Below, in pieces: positions 29,590-41,170 of a DNA stretch of 64,000 nt. The stretch spans positions 32,001 through 96,000 of the forward strand of contig CAWGMK010000004.1 in NCBI GenBank assembly GCA_963823655.1, written 5' to 3'. The position numbers were made by a program, and so were the translations under genes. Below the pieces are notes generated by a model. It saw only the letters and a program-made list of their open reading frames with translations. It was not told the DNA's origin and did not search any database. Position 1 is the first letter of the stretch. Each line of letters starts with the position of its first letter. Origin of the DNA: an uncultured Bacillota bacterium. Lineage in GTDB: Bacteria > Bacillota > DTU025 > MWDF01.

Positions 29590-29812
29590 ATGATCCCTCC
29601 TTTAGTCATGGCCGTATTGCTGCATTCTACACGCCTTGGCACATACCTTCAATGCCTGCTCGGCGCCGCAGATATTAATATTCGGAGGAAATCATGTGAA
29701 AAGGAACTAAAGCTGCTCACTTTAAGTTTCTTATAATGTAACTACAAACACTATTGATATTTCTTGAGCAATATCTTAATATATTCACATAAATGAAATC
29801 AAACAGAAGGGG

Positions 29813-30112
29813 GTGATGCAAATGTCAAAGTTCCACGGACCGGATGAGCCGGTGTACACGATACAGGTGGCAGCAAGGCTGACATCCGTATCCCCTCCCA
29901 TGCTCCGATACCTCGAGAGGATGGGGCTTGTGCTCCCCACAAGGACCGAGGGCAACATAAGGCTCTACTCCGAAAACGACCTGGAACTTGTGCAGCGCAT
30001 CGCCTATCTCATCAGGGAAGCAAAGGTTAACGCCGCGGGCGTGAAGGTGATTCTCCAGATGGAAGTAGGCCGCGCAGTCATCATCAGCGATATCGATAAG
30101 GGCGATGAGTAG
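29813..30112 (+). CDS. hspR: MerR-family heat-shock repressor HspR
   Basis: PVYTIQVAARL, LRYLERMGLVLPTRTEGNIRLYS, VNAAGVKVIL. Lies directly upstream of dnaK. Confidence 0.8.
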   Translation: MMQMSKFHGPDEPVYTIQVAARLTSVSPPMLRYLERMGLVLPTRTEGNIRLYSENDLELVQRIAYLIREAKVNAAGVKVILQMEVGRAVIISDIDKGDE

Positions 30113-30179
30113 CCAAAACAGGCAACTCGAAATTTAAGAAGCAACAACTTTTACATATAAACCGAAGGAGAGGAATAAC

Positions 30180-32096
30180 ATGAGCAGAACAGTCGGAATC
30201 GACCTTGGTACAACAAACTCGGTAATAGCGGTAATGGAGGGCGGAACGCCCCAGGTTATAGTGAACACGGAAGGCACGCGCACGACGCCGTCTGTAGTGG
30301 CGTTCACAAAGAACAATGAGAGGCTCGTCGGCCAGCTGGCAAGGCGCCAGGCCGTATTGAACCCGGAGAACACCGTCTCATCGATCAAGAGATTCATGGG
30401 AAGGCGCTTCGACGAGGTCAGCTCCGAGCGCCGCAACATGGCATACAGCGTAGTGGCAGGCTCAAACGGTGAGGCTAGGGTAGACATACCGATAACAGGC
30501 AAGACTTTCTCCCCCGAGGAAGTATCCGCCATGATACTTGGCAAGCTCAAGGCTGATGCGGAGAAGTACCTCGGCGAGAAGATAACAAAGGCCGTCATCA
30601 CGGTGCCAGCCTATTTCAACGACTCGCAGAGGCAGGCCACAAAGGACGCAGGAAGGATCGCAGGCCTTGAAGTGCTCAGGATAATCAATGAGCCCACGGC
30701 GGCGTCGCTTGCCTATGGCATGGACAAGAAGGCCAATGAGACCATACTGGTATTCGACCTGGGCGGCGGCACTTTCGACGTCTCCGTACTTGAAGTCGGC
30801 GACGGCGTATTCGAAGTCAAGGCTACCAACGGCGACACACACTTAGGCGGCGACGACTACGACAGAAGAATCGTAGACTTCCTCGCCGACGAGTTCAAGA
30901 AGGCGAACGGCGTGGACCTCAGGTCCGACAGGCAGTCGCACCAGAGGCTAATCGAGGCGGCCGAGAAGGCGAAGATCGAGCTCTCACAGGTATTCGAGGC
31001 CTCCATCAGCCTGCCGTTCATAACAGCCACCGCGTCCGGCCCCCTGCACCTGGATACCAAGCTTACCAGGGCGAGGTTCGAGGAGATGACAAGGGATCTG
31101 ACCGACCGCTGCGTAGGACCGTTCAAGCAGGCCCTGACCGACGCGAAGCTTACCCCCTCCGACCTTGATGAGGTAATCCTGGTGGGCGGATCCACAAGGA
31201 TGCCGGTTATTCAGGAGCTGGTAAAGAAGCTAACGGGCAAGGAGCCTCACCGCGGAGTGAACCCTGACGAAGTAGTCGCAGTAGGCGCCGCAATCCAGGC
31301 GGGCGTGCTGGCAGGCGAGGTCAAGGATGTAGTCCTTCTCGATGTCACCCCCCTATCCCTTGGAATCGAGACGCTTGGCGGCATCAACACGAAGCTCATC
31401 GACCGCAATACTACTATACCTACAAGGAAGAGCCAGGTGTTCTCAACGGCGGCGGACGGCCAGACCACAGTCGACATAGTCGTGCTGCAAGGAGAGCGCG
31501 AGTTCTCCAAGGACAACAAGAGCCTGGGCCGCTTCCAGCTCTCCGGCATACCTCCGGCGCCGAGGGGAGTCCCTCAGATCGAGGTTACCTTCGACATAGA
31601 CGCCAACGGCATTGTAAACGTCAATGCCAAGGACAAGGGCACCGGCAAGGAGCAGAGCATAACGATTACGGCAAGCACGCAGCTTTCCAAGGACGAGGTT
31701 GAGCGCCTCGTGCAGGACGCAAAGCGCGCCGAGTCCGAGGATAAGGTAAAGCGCGAGCAGATAGAGCTCAAAAACCAGGCTGACCAGCTGGTCTACCAGG
31801 TGGAGAAGTCCCTGAAGGACACCGAGGGCAAGCTGTCCGCCGACGAGAAGGCCAAGGTCGAAGCCGAGATCGCAAGCCTGAAAGAGGCCATAAAGAACGA
31901 CGACTACGAGTCCTTGAAGCAGAAGATGGATGCGCTCCAGCAGGCCTCCTACAAGGTCTATGAGGAGATGTACAAGAAGTCTCAGCCCCAGGAGGGCGCA
32001 GGCGCCGGCCCCGAAGCCGGACCCGGCCCGGATGCCACAAAGAACGGCAAGGCCGACGAGGACGTAATAGACGCCGAGTTCAAGACCGATAAGTAG
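30180..32096 (+). CDS. dnaK: Chaperone DnaK
   Basis: [40 protein letters not shown]. Confidence 0.98.
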   Translation: MSRTVGIDLGTTNSVIAVMEGGTPQVIVNTEGTRTTPSVVAFTKNNERLVGQLARRQAVLNPENTVSSIKRFMGRRFDEVSSERRNMAYSVVAGSNGEARVDIPITGKTFSPEEVSAMILGKLKADAEKYLGEKITKAVITVPAYFNDSQRQATKDAGRIAGLEVLRIINEPTAASLAYGMDKKANETILVFDLGGGTFDVSVLEVGDGVFEVKATNGDTHLGGDDYDRRIVDFLADEFKKANGVDLRSDRQSHQRLIEAAEKAKIELSQVFEASISLPFITATASGPLHLDTKLTRARFEEMTRDLTDRCVGPFKQALTDAKLTPSDLDEVILVGGSTRMPVIQELVKKLTGKEPHRGVNPDEVVAVGAAIQAGVLAGEVKDVVLLDVTPLSLGIETLGGINTKLIDRNTTIPTRKSQVFSTAADGQTTVDIVVLQGEREFSKDNKSLGRFQLSGIPPAPRGVPQIEVTFDIDANGIVNVNAKDKGTGKEQSITITASTQLSKDEVERLVQDAKRAESEDKVKREQIELKNQADQLVYQVEKSLKDTEGKLSADEKAKVEAEIASLKEAIKNDDYESLKQKMDALQQASYKVYEEMYKKSQPQEGAGAGPEAGPGPDATKNGKADEDVIDAEFKTDK

Positions 32097-32117
32097 ACTT
32101 TAGATGGGTGGTGCCAG

Positions 32118-32654
32118 ATGAAAGACAAGGATAAGGCGGCAGAAGGCGCCGCTCAGCCCGAAGTAGTGTCAGCCGAGGAGGCGTCTCGCATCCTCGGCGA
32201 GCTCTCCTCCCAGCTGGATAAGGCAACGCGCGAGGTTAAGGAATACAAGGAAAGCTACCTTCGCGCAAGGGCCGACTACGACAACTTCAAGAAGCGCTCC
32301 GAAAGGGACGCAGACGATACGATAAGGCGCGGCAAGGCGGACTTCATGAAGAAAGTGCTCGACGTGATGGACGACCTTGAGAGGGCATCAGGCTCGGGCG
32401 CCGACTGCGATAACCTCCGCAAGGGACTTGAGCTTACGATAAAGAAGCTCGCAGGCGTTTTGCAGGCCGAAGGGCTAGTACCGATTGAAGCGCAAGGCAA
32501 GCCTTTCGATCCCGCGTTGCATGAGGCGGTTGCCGCAAGCGAAGCGGATGTCGATTGCGAGACCGTGACCGACGAGCTGAGGAAGGGCTACACATACTGC
32601 GGAAGCACTATAAGGCCCTCAGTAGTTAGAGTGTCTGTACCTAAGAAGGGCTAG
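32118..32654 (+). CDS. grpE: Nucleotide exchange factor GrpE
   Basis: RARADYDNFKKR, FDPALHEAV, KGY...IRPSVVRV. Confidence 0.95.
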   Translation: MKDKDKAAEGAAQPEVVSAEEASRILGELSSQLDKATREVKEYKESYLRARADYDNFKKRSERDADDTIRRGKADFMKKVLDVMDDLERASGSGADCDNLRKGLELTIKKLAGVLQAEGLVPIEAQGKPFDPALHEAVAASEADVDCETVTDELRKGYTYCGSTIRPSVVRVSVPKKG

Positions 32655-32761
32655 ACCAGGGCAAACGGGCGGCATGCCTGATATTCGGATTTCCAGTGCG
32701 CGGCGCCGCTTGAGCAGATCAGCTTAAGGCGCCGCGCCTTCTTCCCTAAGAGGTGATGATT

Positions 32762-33688
32762 ATGAACAAGAACTACTATGAGATCCTGGGCCTGAAAAAA
32801 GATGCCGCCGAGAAGGATATCAAGGCCGCATACAGGAAGCTCGCCAGGAAGCACCATCCGGATACCAATCCGGGAGACAAGGCAAGCGAGCTCAAATTCA
32901 AGGAAATAAACGAGGCCTACCAGGTACTTAGCGACGCAAAGAAGCGCAAGTACTTCGATAAGTTCGGGCCGCAGTGGGAGCAGATGCTCCAAGCCGGCAT
33001 AGACCCGGACCAGCCCCGCGCATGGGGCGGCGAGGGCAACGGCCCCGGCGGCTTCAGGGTGGAATACGGCGACTCGGGCGGCATCAACCTTGATGACCTG
33101 TTCGGAAACCTGGGCGGCGCGTTCTCAGGCTTCGGGGGTTTCGGCGGCGCAAGAAGGCAGAAGGCGAAGCCCGCAAAGGGCTCTGACATAGAAGCCGGCC
33201 TGACGCTGACACTTGAGGAGGCCGAGATGGGCGGCGAGAAGCCCTTCTCCATGGACTCAGGCTCCGGCGCAAGAAGGATTGAGGTCACCATCCCCAAGGG
33301 CACCAAGGACGGCGCGAAGCTCAAGCTTGCGGGCCAGGGCGCCCAGGGGCCGGCCGGTCCCGGGGACCTGATATTGAAAATCAGCATAGCCGAGCATCCC
33401 CTTTTCAAGGTTGCAGGGGACGATATCAGGCTCGAGTTCGAGGTGCCTGTCGAGGACGCCGTGCTGGGAGCGGAGGCCAAAGTGCCCCTTATGGGCGGCA
33501 GGACTGCCACGCTGACGATACCCGAAGGCACGCAGAACGGCAAAGTGTTCCGCATGAAGGGCGAAGGCCTGACCAAGCGCTCGGGCGGCAAAGGCGACCT
33601 GTTCGCAAGGATCAAGGTAATGCTGCCGGACAAGGCCACAGACGAAATAAAGGCGATATTCAGGCAGCTTAGGAGCAAGGACAAGTAG
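32762..33688 (+). CDS. DnaJ class B/CbpA-like co-chaperone (no zinc finger)
   Basis: J domain with HPD, G/F-rich linker, DnaJ C-terminal domain. No CxxCxGxG repeats. Confidence 0.9.
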   Translation: MNKNYYEILGLKKDAAEKDIKAAYRKLARKHHPDTNPGDKASELKFKEINEAYQVLSDAKKRKYFDKFGPQWEQMLQAGIDPDQPRAWGGEGNGPGGFRVEYGDSGGINLDDLFGNLGGAFSGFGGFGGARRQKAKPAKGSDIEAGLTLTLEEAEMGGEKPFSMDSGSGARRIEVTIPKGTKDGAKLKLAGQGAQGPAGPGDLILKISIAEHPLFKVAGDDIRLEFEVPVEDAVLGAEAKVPLMGGRTATLTIPEGTQNGKVFRMKGEGLTKRSGGKGDLFARIKVMLPDKATDEIKAIFRQLRSKDK

Positions 33689-33719
33689 ATCTGAGCAGGA
33701 ATTTCGGAGGTGAACGGAC

Positions 33720-36291
33720 ATGGCTTTGGAGAAACTGACGGTGAAGGCGAAGGAAGCCATCAACGACGCTTCCAGGCTCGCCTCCGCCAACGGAAATTCA
33801 TATATCGAAACATTACACATCTTAAAGGCGCTCGTATCGCAGGACGATGGCACTACAAAGCCCCTTCTTGCGAAGCTTGGCGCGTCCCCCGACGCCCTGT
33901 TAGGCGCCATAGATGCGGCAATAGCCAAGCTTCCCCGAGTATCCGGCCTTGCCGGCAATTACTTAAGCGAAGAAGCAAACCTGATGCTCCAAAGGGCCGA
34001 GCAGATAGCAGGCAATCTGAAGGATGAGTATGTCAGCACCGAGCACTTCCTGTTGAGCATATCCCAGGGCAGCTCGGACGCAAGCAGGCTGCTTAAAGAG
34101 GCCGGTGCCACTTATGACAGGATACTGGAGGCCCTTAAGGACATCAGAGGCTCGCAGCGCGTGACGGACGAGAACCCCGAGGATAAGTACCAGGCGCTGG
34201 AGAGGTACTCGCGAGACCTAACCGATCTGGCCAAGCGCGGGAAACTGGATCCCGTAATCGGGCGCGACGAAGAAGTGCGCCGCATCATACAGGTGCTTTC
34301 CAGAAGGACCAAGAACAACCCCGTGCTAATAGGCGAGCCCGGCGTCGGCAAGACCGCAGTCGTGGAGGGCCTCGCCCAGAGGATCGTGGCCAAAGACGTA
34401 CCCGAGGGCCTCGCCGACAAGCGCATAATGGCCCTGGACCTGGGCGCAATGCTCGCTGGAGCCAAATACAGGGGCGAGTTCGAGGACAGGCTGAAGGCCG
34501 TGCTCAAGGAGATCCAGGAGAGCGACGGCGGCATTATCCTATTCATCGACGAGCTGCACACGCTAATAGGGGCAGGCGCTGCGGAGGGCGCAATTGACGC
34601 TTCGAACATGCTAAAGCCCGCCCTTTCCAGAGGCGAGCTGCGCACCATTGGCGCCACTACTCTAGATGAGTATCGCAAGCACATTGAAAAGGACGCGGCG
34701 CTGGAGCGCAGGTTCCAGCCCATCTATATAGCCGAGCCCTCTTTGGAGGACTCGATCGCAATCCTAAGGGGCCTCAAGGAGAAGTATGAGCTCCACCACG
34801 GCGTCCGGATCAAGGACAATGCCCTGATCGCAGCCGTGATGCTTTCCTCAAGGTACATCTCCGACCGTTTCCTCCCCGACAAGGCCATCGACCTGATGGA
34901 TGAAGCGGCGGCAAAGCTGAGGACGGAAATCGACTCCATGCCCTCTGACATCGATAAGGTGGAGCGCCGCATACTGCAGCTTGAGATAGAAAAGCAGGCC
35001 ATGTCCAAGGAGACCGACCCGCTTTCCAAAGACAGGCTGGCCAAGATCGTTGAGGAGCTCGCAGGCCTAAAGGAGCAGTCAACCGGCATGAAGGCGCGCT
35101 GGGGCAACGAGAAGGCGCTAATTGCGAAAGTACGCGATGTAAAGGCTCGCATGGAGGATGCCCGGACTAAGGAGCAGCAGGCGGAAAGGTCAGGCGACCT
35201 CGCAAAGGCCGCAGAGCTCAGATACGGGATCGGGCTTGAGCTGAAAGCCGAGCTGGACAGGGCGAATGCCGAGATCACCAACCTCGAAGGAGGGCTGAAA
35301 TACCTGAAGGAGGAGGTCGACGAGGAGGATATCGCATCCGTCGTCGCCCGCTGGACCGGCATTCCGGTGTCCAAGCTCCTGTCAGGAGAGGCCCAGAAGC
35401 TTATAAACCTCGAGGATGTGCTTCGCAAAAGGGTAATCGGGCAGGATGAGGCCCTAAGGATAGTCTCGGACGCAGTAAGGCGCTCCCGCTCAGGCCTGGC
35501 GGATCCAAACAGGCCCATTGGCAGCTTCCTCTTCCTGGGACCAACAGGCGTGGGAAAGACCGAGCTTGCTAGGGCGCTGGCCGAATTCCTCTTCAATGAG
35601 GAGAAGGCCATGGTCAGGATCGATATGTCCGAATACCAGGAAAGGCACACGGTCGCAAGGCTCATAGGGGCTCCTCCCGGCTATGTGGGTTATGAGGAGG
35701 GCGGCCAGCTGACCGAGGCCGTGCGAAGAAGGCCTTACTCGGTAATCCTTTTCGACGAGGTCGAGAAGGCGCACCCGGAGGTGTTCAATGTTCTTTTGCA
35801 GCTTCTAGACGACGGAAGGCTCACGGACGGCCAGGGCCGCACCGTTGACTTCAGAAACTCGGTAGTGATCATGACATCCAATCTCGGCTCCGACATACTT
35901 GCCCAAAGCCGCGGCGACGAAGGCAGGGCCATGGTAATGGAGCAGCTGAGGCAGTTCTTCAGGCCGGAGTTTCTAAACAGGCTGGACGAGATTATCATGT
36001 TCAACAACCTCGACAGGTCTGCCATGGATTCAATAGTCGCAATGCAGCTTGCAAGGCTTAAGATCAAGGCTGACTGACAAGGGTGTAGAGCTGGAATGGA
36101 CGGCTGATGCGGTAAGCAAGCTGGCCGATGAAGGCTTTGACCCTGCATACGGTGCGCGCCCTCTGAAAAGGGCCATACAGAGGTCCGTCGAGAACCCCCT
36201 GGCAATGAAGATGCTCGACGGCACCATCAAGCCGAATTTGCCAGTAAGCCTTGCGCTGGACGAGGGCGGCAAGTTAACTTTCAGGCAATAG
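33720..36291 (+). CDS. clpB: Disaggregase ClpB, frameshift near 36062
   Basis: Two AAA+ domains (GEPGVGKT; GPTGVGKT) and a long M-domain. C-terminus [13 protein letters not shown] is in the next frame. Confidence 0.95.
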
Positions 36292-36298
36292 CGGCTAT

Positions 36299-36338
36299 CA
36301 GGGCTTTCCCCCCCAATCAAAGGGAAGGCCCTTTTTTT
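36299..36338 (+). terminator. Intrinsic terminator after clpB
   Basis: AGGGCTTTCCC...GGGAAGGCCCT followed by T7. Confidence 0.8.
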
Positions 36339-36544
36339 AAAACTTCACCTGGCGGAACCAGATCCTGCAAACGAAGGAATAATAATGACCGTTAACGGCA
36401 GAATAGACCAAGCAACAAAATGACACAATATTAGAGCCACTTCAGAACATCGCCTGAACTATAAAGGCCGAACAAAGACATTTATCGGAGCGACAAAAGA
36501 AATAGAGAATGTGCGTCGCTCATACTCACTTAGCTGGTCATTAT

Positions 36545-36594
36545 TAGTGCGCCGCCGGAGGCTCGAACTCGAACCCACTGCTTAGTAGCCAGTT
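36545..36594 (-). other. Degenerate tRNA 3' half (Lys-like), probable att-site scar
   Basis: Minus strand AACTGGCTACTAAGCAGTGGGTTCGAGTTCGAGCCTCCGGCGGCGCACTA gives an anticodon arm, T-loop GTTCGAG and acceptor 3' strand ending ACTA (cf. ACCA). No D arm or 5' half. Confidence 0.55.
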
Positions 36595-36691
36595 GGCGAG
36601 CTGTCTTCCGTCCGCACCAGTTTATCTAATGCTGTTATTGCAAATTCTTGTATGTACATCTCTTACCATAAGAGTTGAATAGGATGCTCCA

Positions 36692-37531
36692 TTATATGCC
36701 TCTTGAATTATCTGTTTCATCACCAGAGTATGAAGCCAGCCCATCTATCCAACTTTCAATAGTAGTATGCCAAATAGTCCAATTCCTAACAGACTTCGAA
36801 ATTCTGAACACTTCCGTTTCAAAAAAACTGACTATTCTATCCTCTTCTAACCCCTTCTCTTCTAAAACCCTCACAAGCTCCTTAAGAAGCCCAATTCCCT
36901 TAGCATCATCCCAATAGTAAAACCTATTCTTGCAGATGCCTTTTGCATAATGAATTTTCGCATATATTGGACCTTTCCTGCTGATTACAATAATTCCAGG
37001 TATCTTTGAAAGGAATTGTTCAACCGATTCATTTACAAGTTGACCGTCTTCTCCATATCTAAGATATGCATTTCTCCCCTTGTTTAGAGCTTCAATTATC
37101 TCTTCCATTTTATACTTTTGAACAAGCTTTTTTGCTTCTGCTTTTCCGACTTCATTAAGTGTATATGGAGATATCATTCTCTCAATATGCTCAATTAGCA
37201 AATTCGCTGATTGCTCCTTGATTTTTCTAACCCCATATGCCATTCGAAAAGCATCTTAAGCTGTTCTCTTCTCTCTTCAATTCCTCCATTTGCTTGCGTT
37301 GCTTCTCAATGGTTATGTTTTCATCGAGAAATTCAGCATTTTCCCCAAATTACACTGATCACAGCTTGTTATCAAGTTTAGTATTTCATTAGATCCGCTT
37401 TTAGCGACAGGAACCATATGATCAACGTGTAAAATAGCTTCCGGGGCTTTTCTTCCACAGTACTGACACGTGAATTTGTCTCGCTTGAACACTTCAAAGC
37501 GTGTTTTTTTGCTTAGTGGTTTTCTCGCCAA
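36692..37531 (-). pseudogene. HNH endonuclease with helical C-terminal domain; several frameshifts; AT-rich
   Basis: SKKTRFEVFKRDKFTCQYCG...HVDHMVPVAKSGSNEILNLITSCDQCNLGK, continuing through frameshifts into ORF 36692-37243. GGAGG SD before TTG 37531. Confidence 0.75.
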
Positions 37532-38283
37532 TTTGCATCCTCCATATGTTACTCGCCAGCTGAGCCAAATCAGGCCATTATCTCGATAGGCAAGATACTT
37601 CATTTCTACGTTTCGTCTTCAATGAGGGATTTCCTACCTGCCTTTGCTAATTTTACTATCTACTTCAAGTATATTTTATTGCGCTTCATCAACAAACCCT
37701 ACTACATGCACTCACTGTCCTTTGCTATGCACTTTTAATGCCACTCTTATTGAGTTGGCACATTTTGCTCTTTAGTGTCTTGACCTCTAGCCTAATTATC
37801 CAAATAGTGTGTTCTTCATCCTTACTGTCTTCGCATCAGTAATCCTGATACATTCCCTTGTTCCCTTTTCTGACGTTTTTATAGGCCACTTACTTCATCA
37901 GACTACTCAAATAAGAACCATACCTGGTGATATGTCAGGCCGTTTACTTTAGGCCACATCAAGCCGATCAATACAACTTGACCTCCTCAAAATAGGCATC
38001 TTTATGTGAGGTATCTCCCGTAATGAAGTTATGGCCAATCACATCGGGTATAAGTCCATTCGACTTACTATGGACTTTTGAACCTTTTTCACTATATCTA
38101 TCAATTTCTGGGCATCCTCTTTGAATGCTGACTGCAATGTGATTCTCTTTTCGCTGTTCACTCCTTGCTATCTCATATCAGATTACGTGAAAGAAGGAAT
38201 ATTAGGCCGTACGGGTGAAGGTGTCCTTTCCTGCTTCGTTGAAGTATATTGGATATAGATGGACAGCTAAGGAGTGATGCATC

Positions 38284-39638
38284 TTGAGGATGAAAGCCTT
38301 TGTGCCGATTGCGCTGGCATTGACACTAGCCCTGTTCCTGTCGCCCGCTTCGGCTTTCAATTATGACCTGAGCTTCTGGCTTTCCAGATCGCCCAGATCA
38401 TATGACCTGCTTGCGGACAAGCAGAAGGTTGCTGAGATCAATAATCAGATACAAAAGGCCGCAGCGACAGGCATAGTGGATCTTCTGGGATACCCTCAGG
38501 ATATCGACGGCTTCTCGATTACCGGATACCTGGCGCAGCCAACGCTTCCAAACGAACTTTTCCTTGCGGATGGCTCTGCGGCGCCTGCCGGGGCAATAAC
38601 GCAGATAATGGCCAAGTTCAAGCTGGAAAACGTTCCGGCCTGGGCGAGAGTTAGATTCGGCGTCGCTGTTACGAAATCAGACTTAAGGGTGCTTCCCGCA
38701 GCCGACAGGCTCTTTAACAAGCGCATGGGCGGCGTGGATGTCCTGCAGGCAGGACGCCTGCTGCCGGGCGAGCCCGTCGTCATACTGACTGAGACCACGG
38801 ATAAGACCTGGTTCTTCGTCCAGACGGCGAGGCAGCGCGGCTGGGTCGCCTCGATGCAAATAGCGCTGGCCTTCACAAGGGAGCACTGGCTCTCTTATGC
38901 GGCCTCGGATGAGTATCTTATCGTTACCGCCCCCTCCCTCTTCCTGGAGCAGGATTTGGGCTCGCAGGCGCCGTCGCTGATGGAGCTTCCGATGGGCACA
39001 AGGCTTCCCCTGGTGCCGGAATCCGCTATCCCCGATGCCGTGAAGAACCGCGGGACGTCGGACAGCTATGTTGTGCTGCTCCCTTCAAGAAGGGTGGACG
39101 GCAAGCTCAATGTGACGCCGACACTAATACCCAGGACTTCAGATGTATCCAATGGGATATATGGCGCTGTCGGGAGAAAATATTCTCAAAGCAGGCGATG
39201 AAGCTGGTGGGCACCAAGTACGGCTATAAGGGCTCCTCCGGAAGGGACCCTTACTTGCTGTTATCCGATGTCTTCCGCTGCATGGGCCTGGAGATGCCGC
39301 TGACTTCGACCGGCTACGATTCGCTTCCCTTCGCGTCGCTAAGCATCAAAGGCACAGCAGCCGATCTAAAGCTTTTAGCCTTCAGGAAGGCCGTGCCCGG
39401 CAGCATAATAATGCTCGACAACGGCCCCTCGATATACCTTGGCCAGTACGGCGAGGATGTCTATACGATAGCGGCCCTTGCCGAAGTGAGGATGCCGTCG
39501 AAGGCCAAGAACTCATTCGAACTGGTGAACATCCCCTTCAACGGGGTAAGCCTCATAGCTTTGAAGAGCGTCTATTCGGAGACGGGCAATGATTACTTCA
39601 CCGAGGCCCGTTTCCTGATGGAGCCCATATTGAAGTAA
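38284..39638 (+). CDS. Secreted SH3 + NlpC/P60-like protein with degenerate catalytic site, frameshift near 39170
   Basis: Signal peptide, SH3-like GEPVVIL...WFFVQT...GWV, LPMGTRLP, then NlpC-like YGYKG..GRDPY..DVFRCMGLEMP. Confidence 0.7.
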
Positions 39639-39656
39639 CTTCCCACATAATAAAAT

Positions 39657-39703
39657 CAGCAGGTGCCCGCAACATCGAAAGTGTCGCGGGCACCCTGCTT
39701 TTT
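39657..39703. terminator. Bidirectional terminator-like hairpin
   Basis: AGCAGGTGCCCGCAACA...TGTCGCGGGCACCCTGCTTTT between convergent genes. Confidence 0.7.
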
Positions 39704-39718
39704 AGAGCCCTTTGATTC

Positions 39719-40378
39719 TTAAGGATTCATATCCCTGTGTTCTCCGGTTACGTGATAGATGACCCATTCGCTGATATTGGTCGCATGGTCTGCGATCCTC
39801 TCCAGGAACCAGACCACGAACATGAAATTGATTATCTGCACCATCTGCCCCGGCATCTCGAAGGCATAGGTGAAAAGCTCCCGCATCAGGGCGTCTCTCA
39901 GATCATCCACCATGTCGTCCGCTTTGCAGGTATCCTCGGCGAGGACTACATCCTCCCTGACATACGCGTCCAGGCTGCCCCTTACCATATCGAGCGCCAT
40001 GCCGCTCATCCTCGGTATGTCTATGAGCTTCTTTATGTAGCGCTCGTCTTTCAGCTTTATTGCCACCTTCGCGATGTCTACCGCGTGATCGCCCAGCCTC
40101 TCAAGGTCCGTTGCGATCTCGTTTGCCGCAAGCACTTCCCTAAGATCCCTTGCCAGCGGCTGCTGCGTGGCTATGATCCTCGCGCACATGTCCTCTATCG
40201 CAAGCTTCATCGAATCGGCAATGTCGTCCTCATCGATTATCCTCTGCGCCAACGCCGCGTCCTGTTTGGCAAGGGCATTGACGGCGTCGGAAATGCTCCT
40301 TTCCACCTGTGCGCCCATCCTCAGTATCTGCTCGTGCAGCTGTCCCATCTCTGCGTCGAAATGTGTCCTTGAGCTCAT
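39719..40378 (-). CDS. phoU: Phosphate signalling protein PhoU
   Basis: QQPLARDLR, DLERLGDHA, LERIADHATNISEW. Confidence 0.95.
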   Translation of the reverse strand: MSSRTHFDAEMGQLHEQILRMGAQVERSISDAVNALAKQDAALAQRIIDEDDIADSMKLAIEDMCARIIATQQPLARDLREVLAANEIATDLERLGDHAVDIAKVAIKLKDERYIKKLIDIPRMSGMALDMVRGSLDAYVREDVVLAEDTCKADDMVDDLRDALMRELFTYAFEMPGQMVQIINFMFVVWFLERIADHATNISEWVIYHVTGEHRDMNP

Positions 40379-40396
40379 CGCCGTTCCCCTCCCTGA

Positions 40397-41170
40397 TCAA
40401 CCGAACCTTCCGGTTATGTAGTCTTCTGTCCTCTTATCCGCGGGCTTGTGGAATATGCCGTAGGTGGGCCCTTCCTCGATTATCTCGCCGTTTAGGAAGA
40501 AGGCCGTCCTGTCCGAAATGCGCCCTGCCTGCTGCATGTTGTGCGTGACGATGATAATCGTATATTCCTTCTTCAGCTCGCCTATTAGCTCCTCTATCCT
40601 GCCCGTCGACAAAGGGTCCAGCGCCGAAGTGGGCTCGTCCATCAAAATAACATCGGGCCCTACTGCAAGCGTCCTTGCTATGCAAAGCCTCTGCTGCTGC
40701 CCTCCTGATATGCCAAGGGCCGGCTTTCTCAGCCTGTCCTTCATCTCGTCCCAGAGGGCGGCGCTTTTAAGGCTTCTTTCCACTATCTCATCCAGCTCGG
40801 CCCTGCCTTTTGTACCGTGCACCCTGGGTCCGTATGCCACATTGTCATATACGGACATCTGGAACGGGTTGGGCTTCTGGAAGACCATGCCCACCTTGCG
40901 CCTCAGCTCCGTAACGTCGTAACCGGGGCTGTAAATGTCCTCGCCGTCTACTTCGATCAGGCCCTCGACCCTCGCTTCGGGTATGAGGTCGTTCATGCGG
41001 TTTATCGTACGCAGAAACGTCGATTTGCCGCAGCCCGACGGCCCTATCAGGGCAAGCACCGAGCTTTTCGCCACATTCAGGTTTATGCGGTTCAAAGCGC
41101 ACATGGTATCGTAACAGAACCTGAGCCCCTCGGCTTTTACCATGGGGCGGGCGATTTCCATCTGCTGCAA
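40397..41170 (-). CDS. pstB: Phosphate ABC transporter ATPase
   Basis: [44 protein letters not shown]. Confidence 0.95.
   Translation of the reverse strand: MQQMEIARPMVKAEGLRFCYDTMCALNRINLNVAKSSVLALIGPSGCGKSTFLRTINRMNDLIPEARVEGLIEVDGEDIYSPGYDVTELRRKVGMVFQKPNPFQMSVYDNVAYGPRVHGTKGRAELDEIVERSLKSAALWDEMKDRLRKPALGISGGQQQRLCIARTLAVGPDVILMDEPTSALDPLSTGRIEELIGELKKEYTIIIVTHNMQQAGRISDRTAFFLNGEIIEEGPTYGIFHKPADKRTEDYITGRFG

Noticed and set aside
36545-36594. Functional tRNA or tRNA-Sec
   Set aside because: The D arm and 5' acceptor strand are missing, the stems are mismatched, and there is no TCA anticodon.
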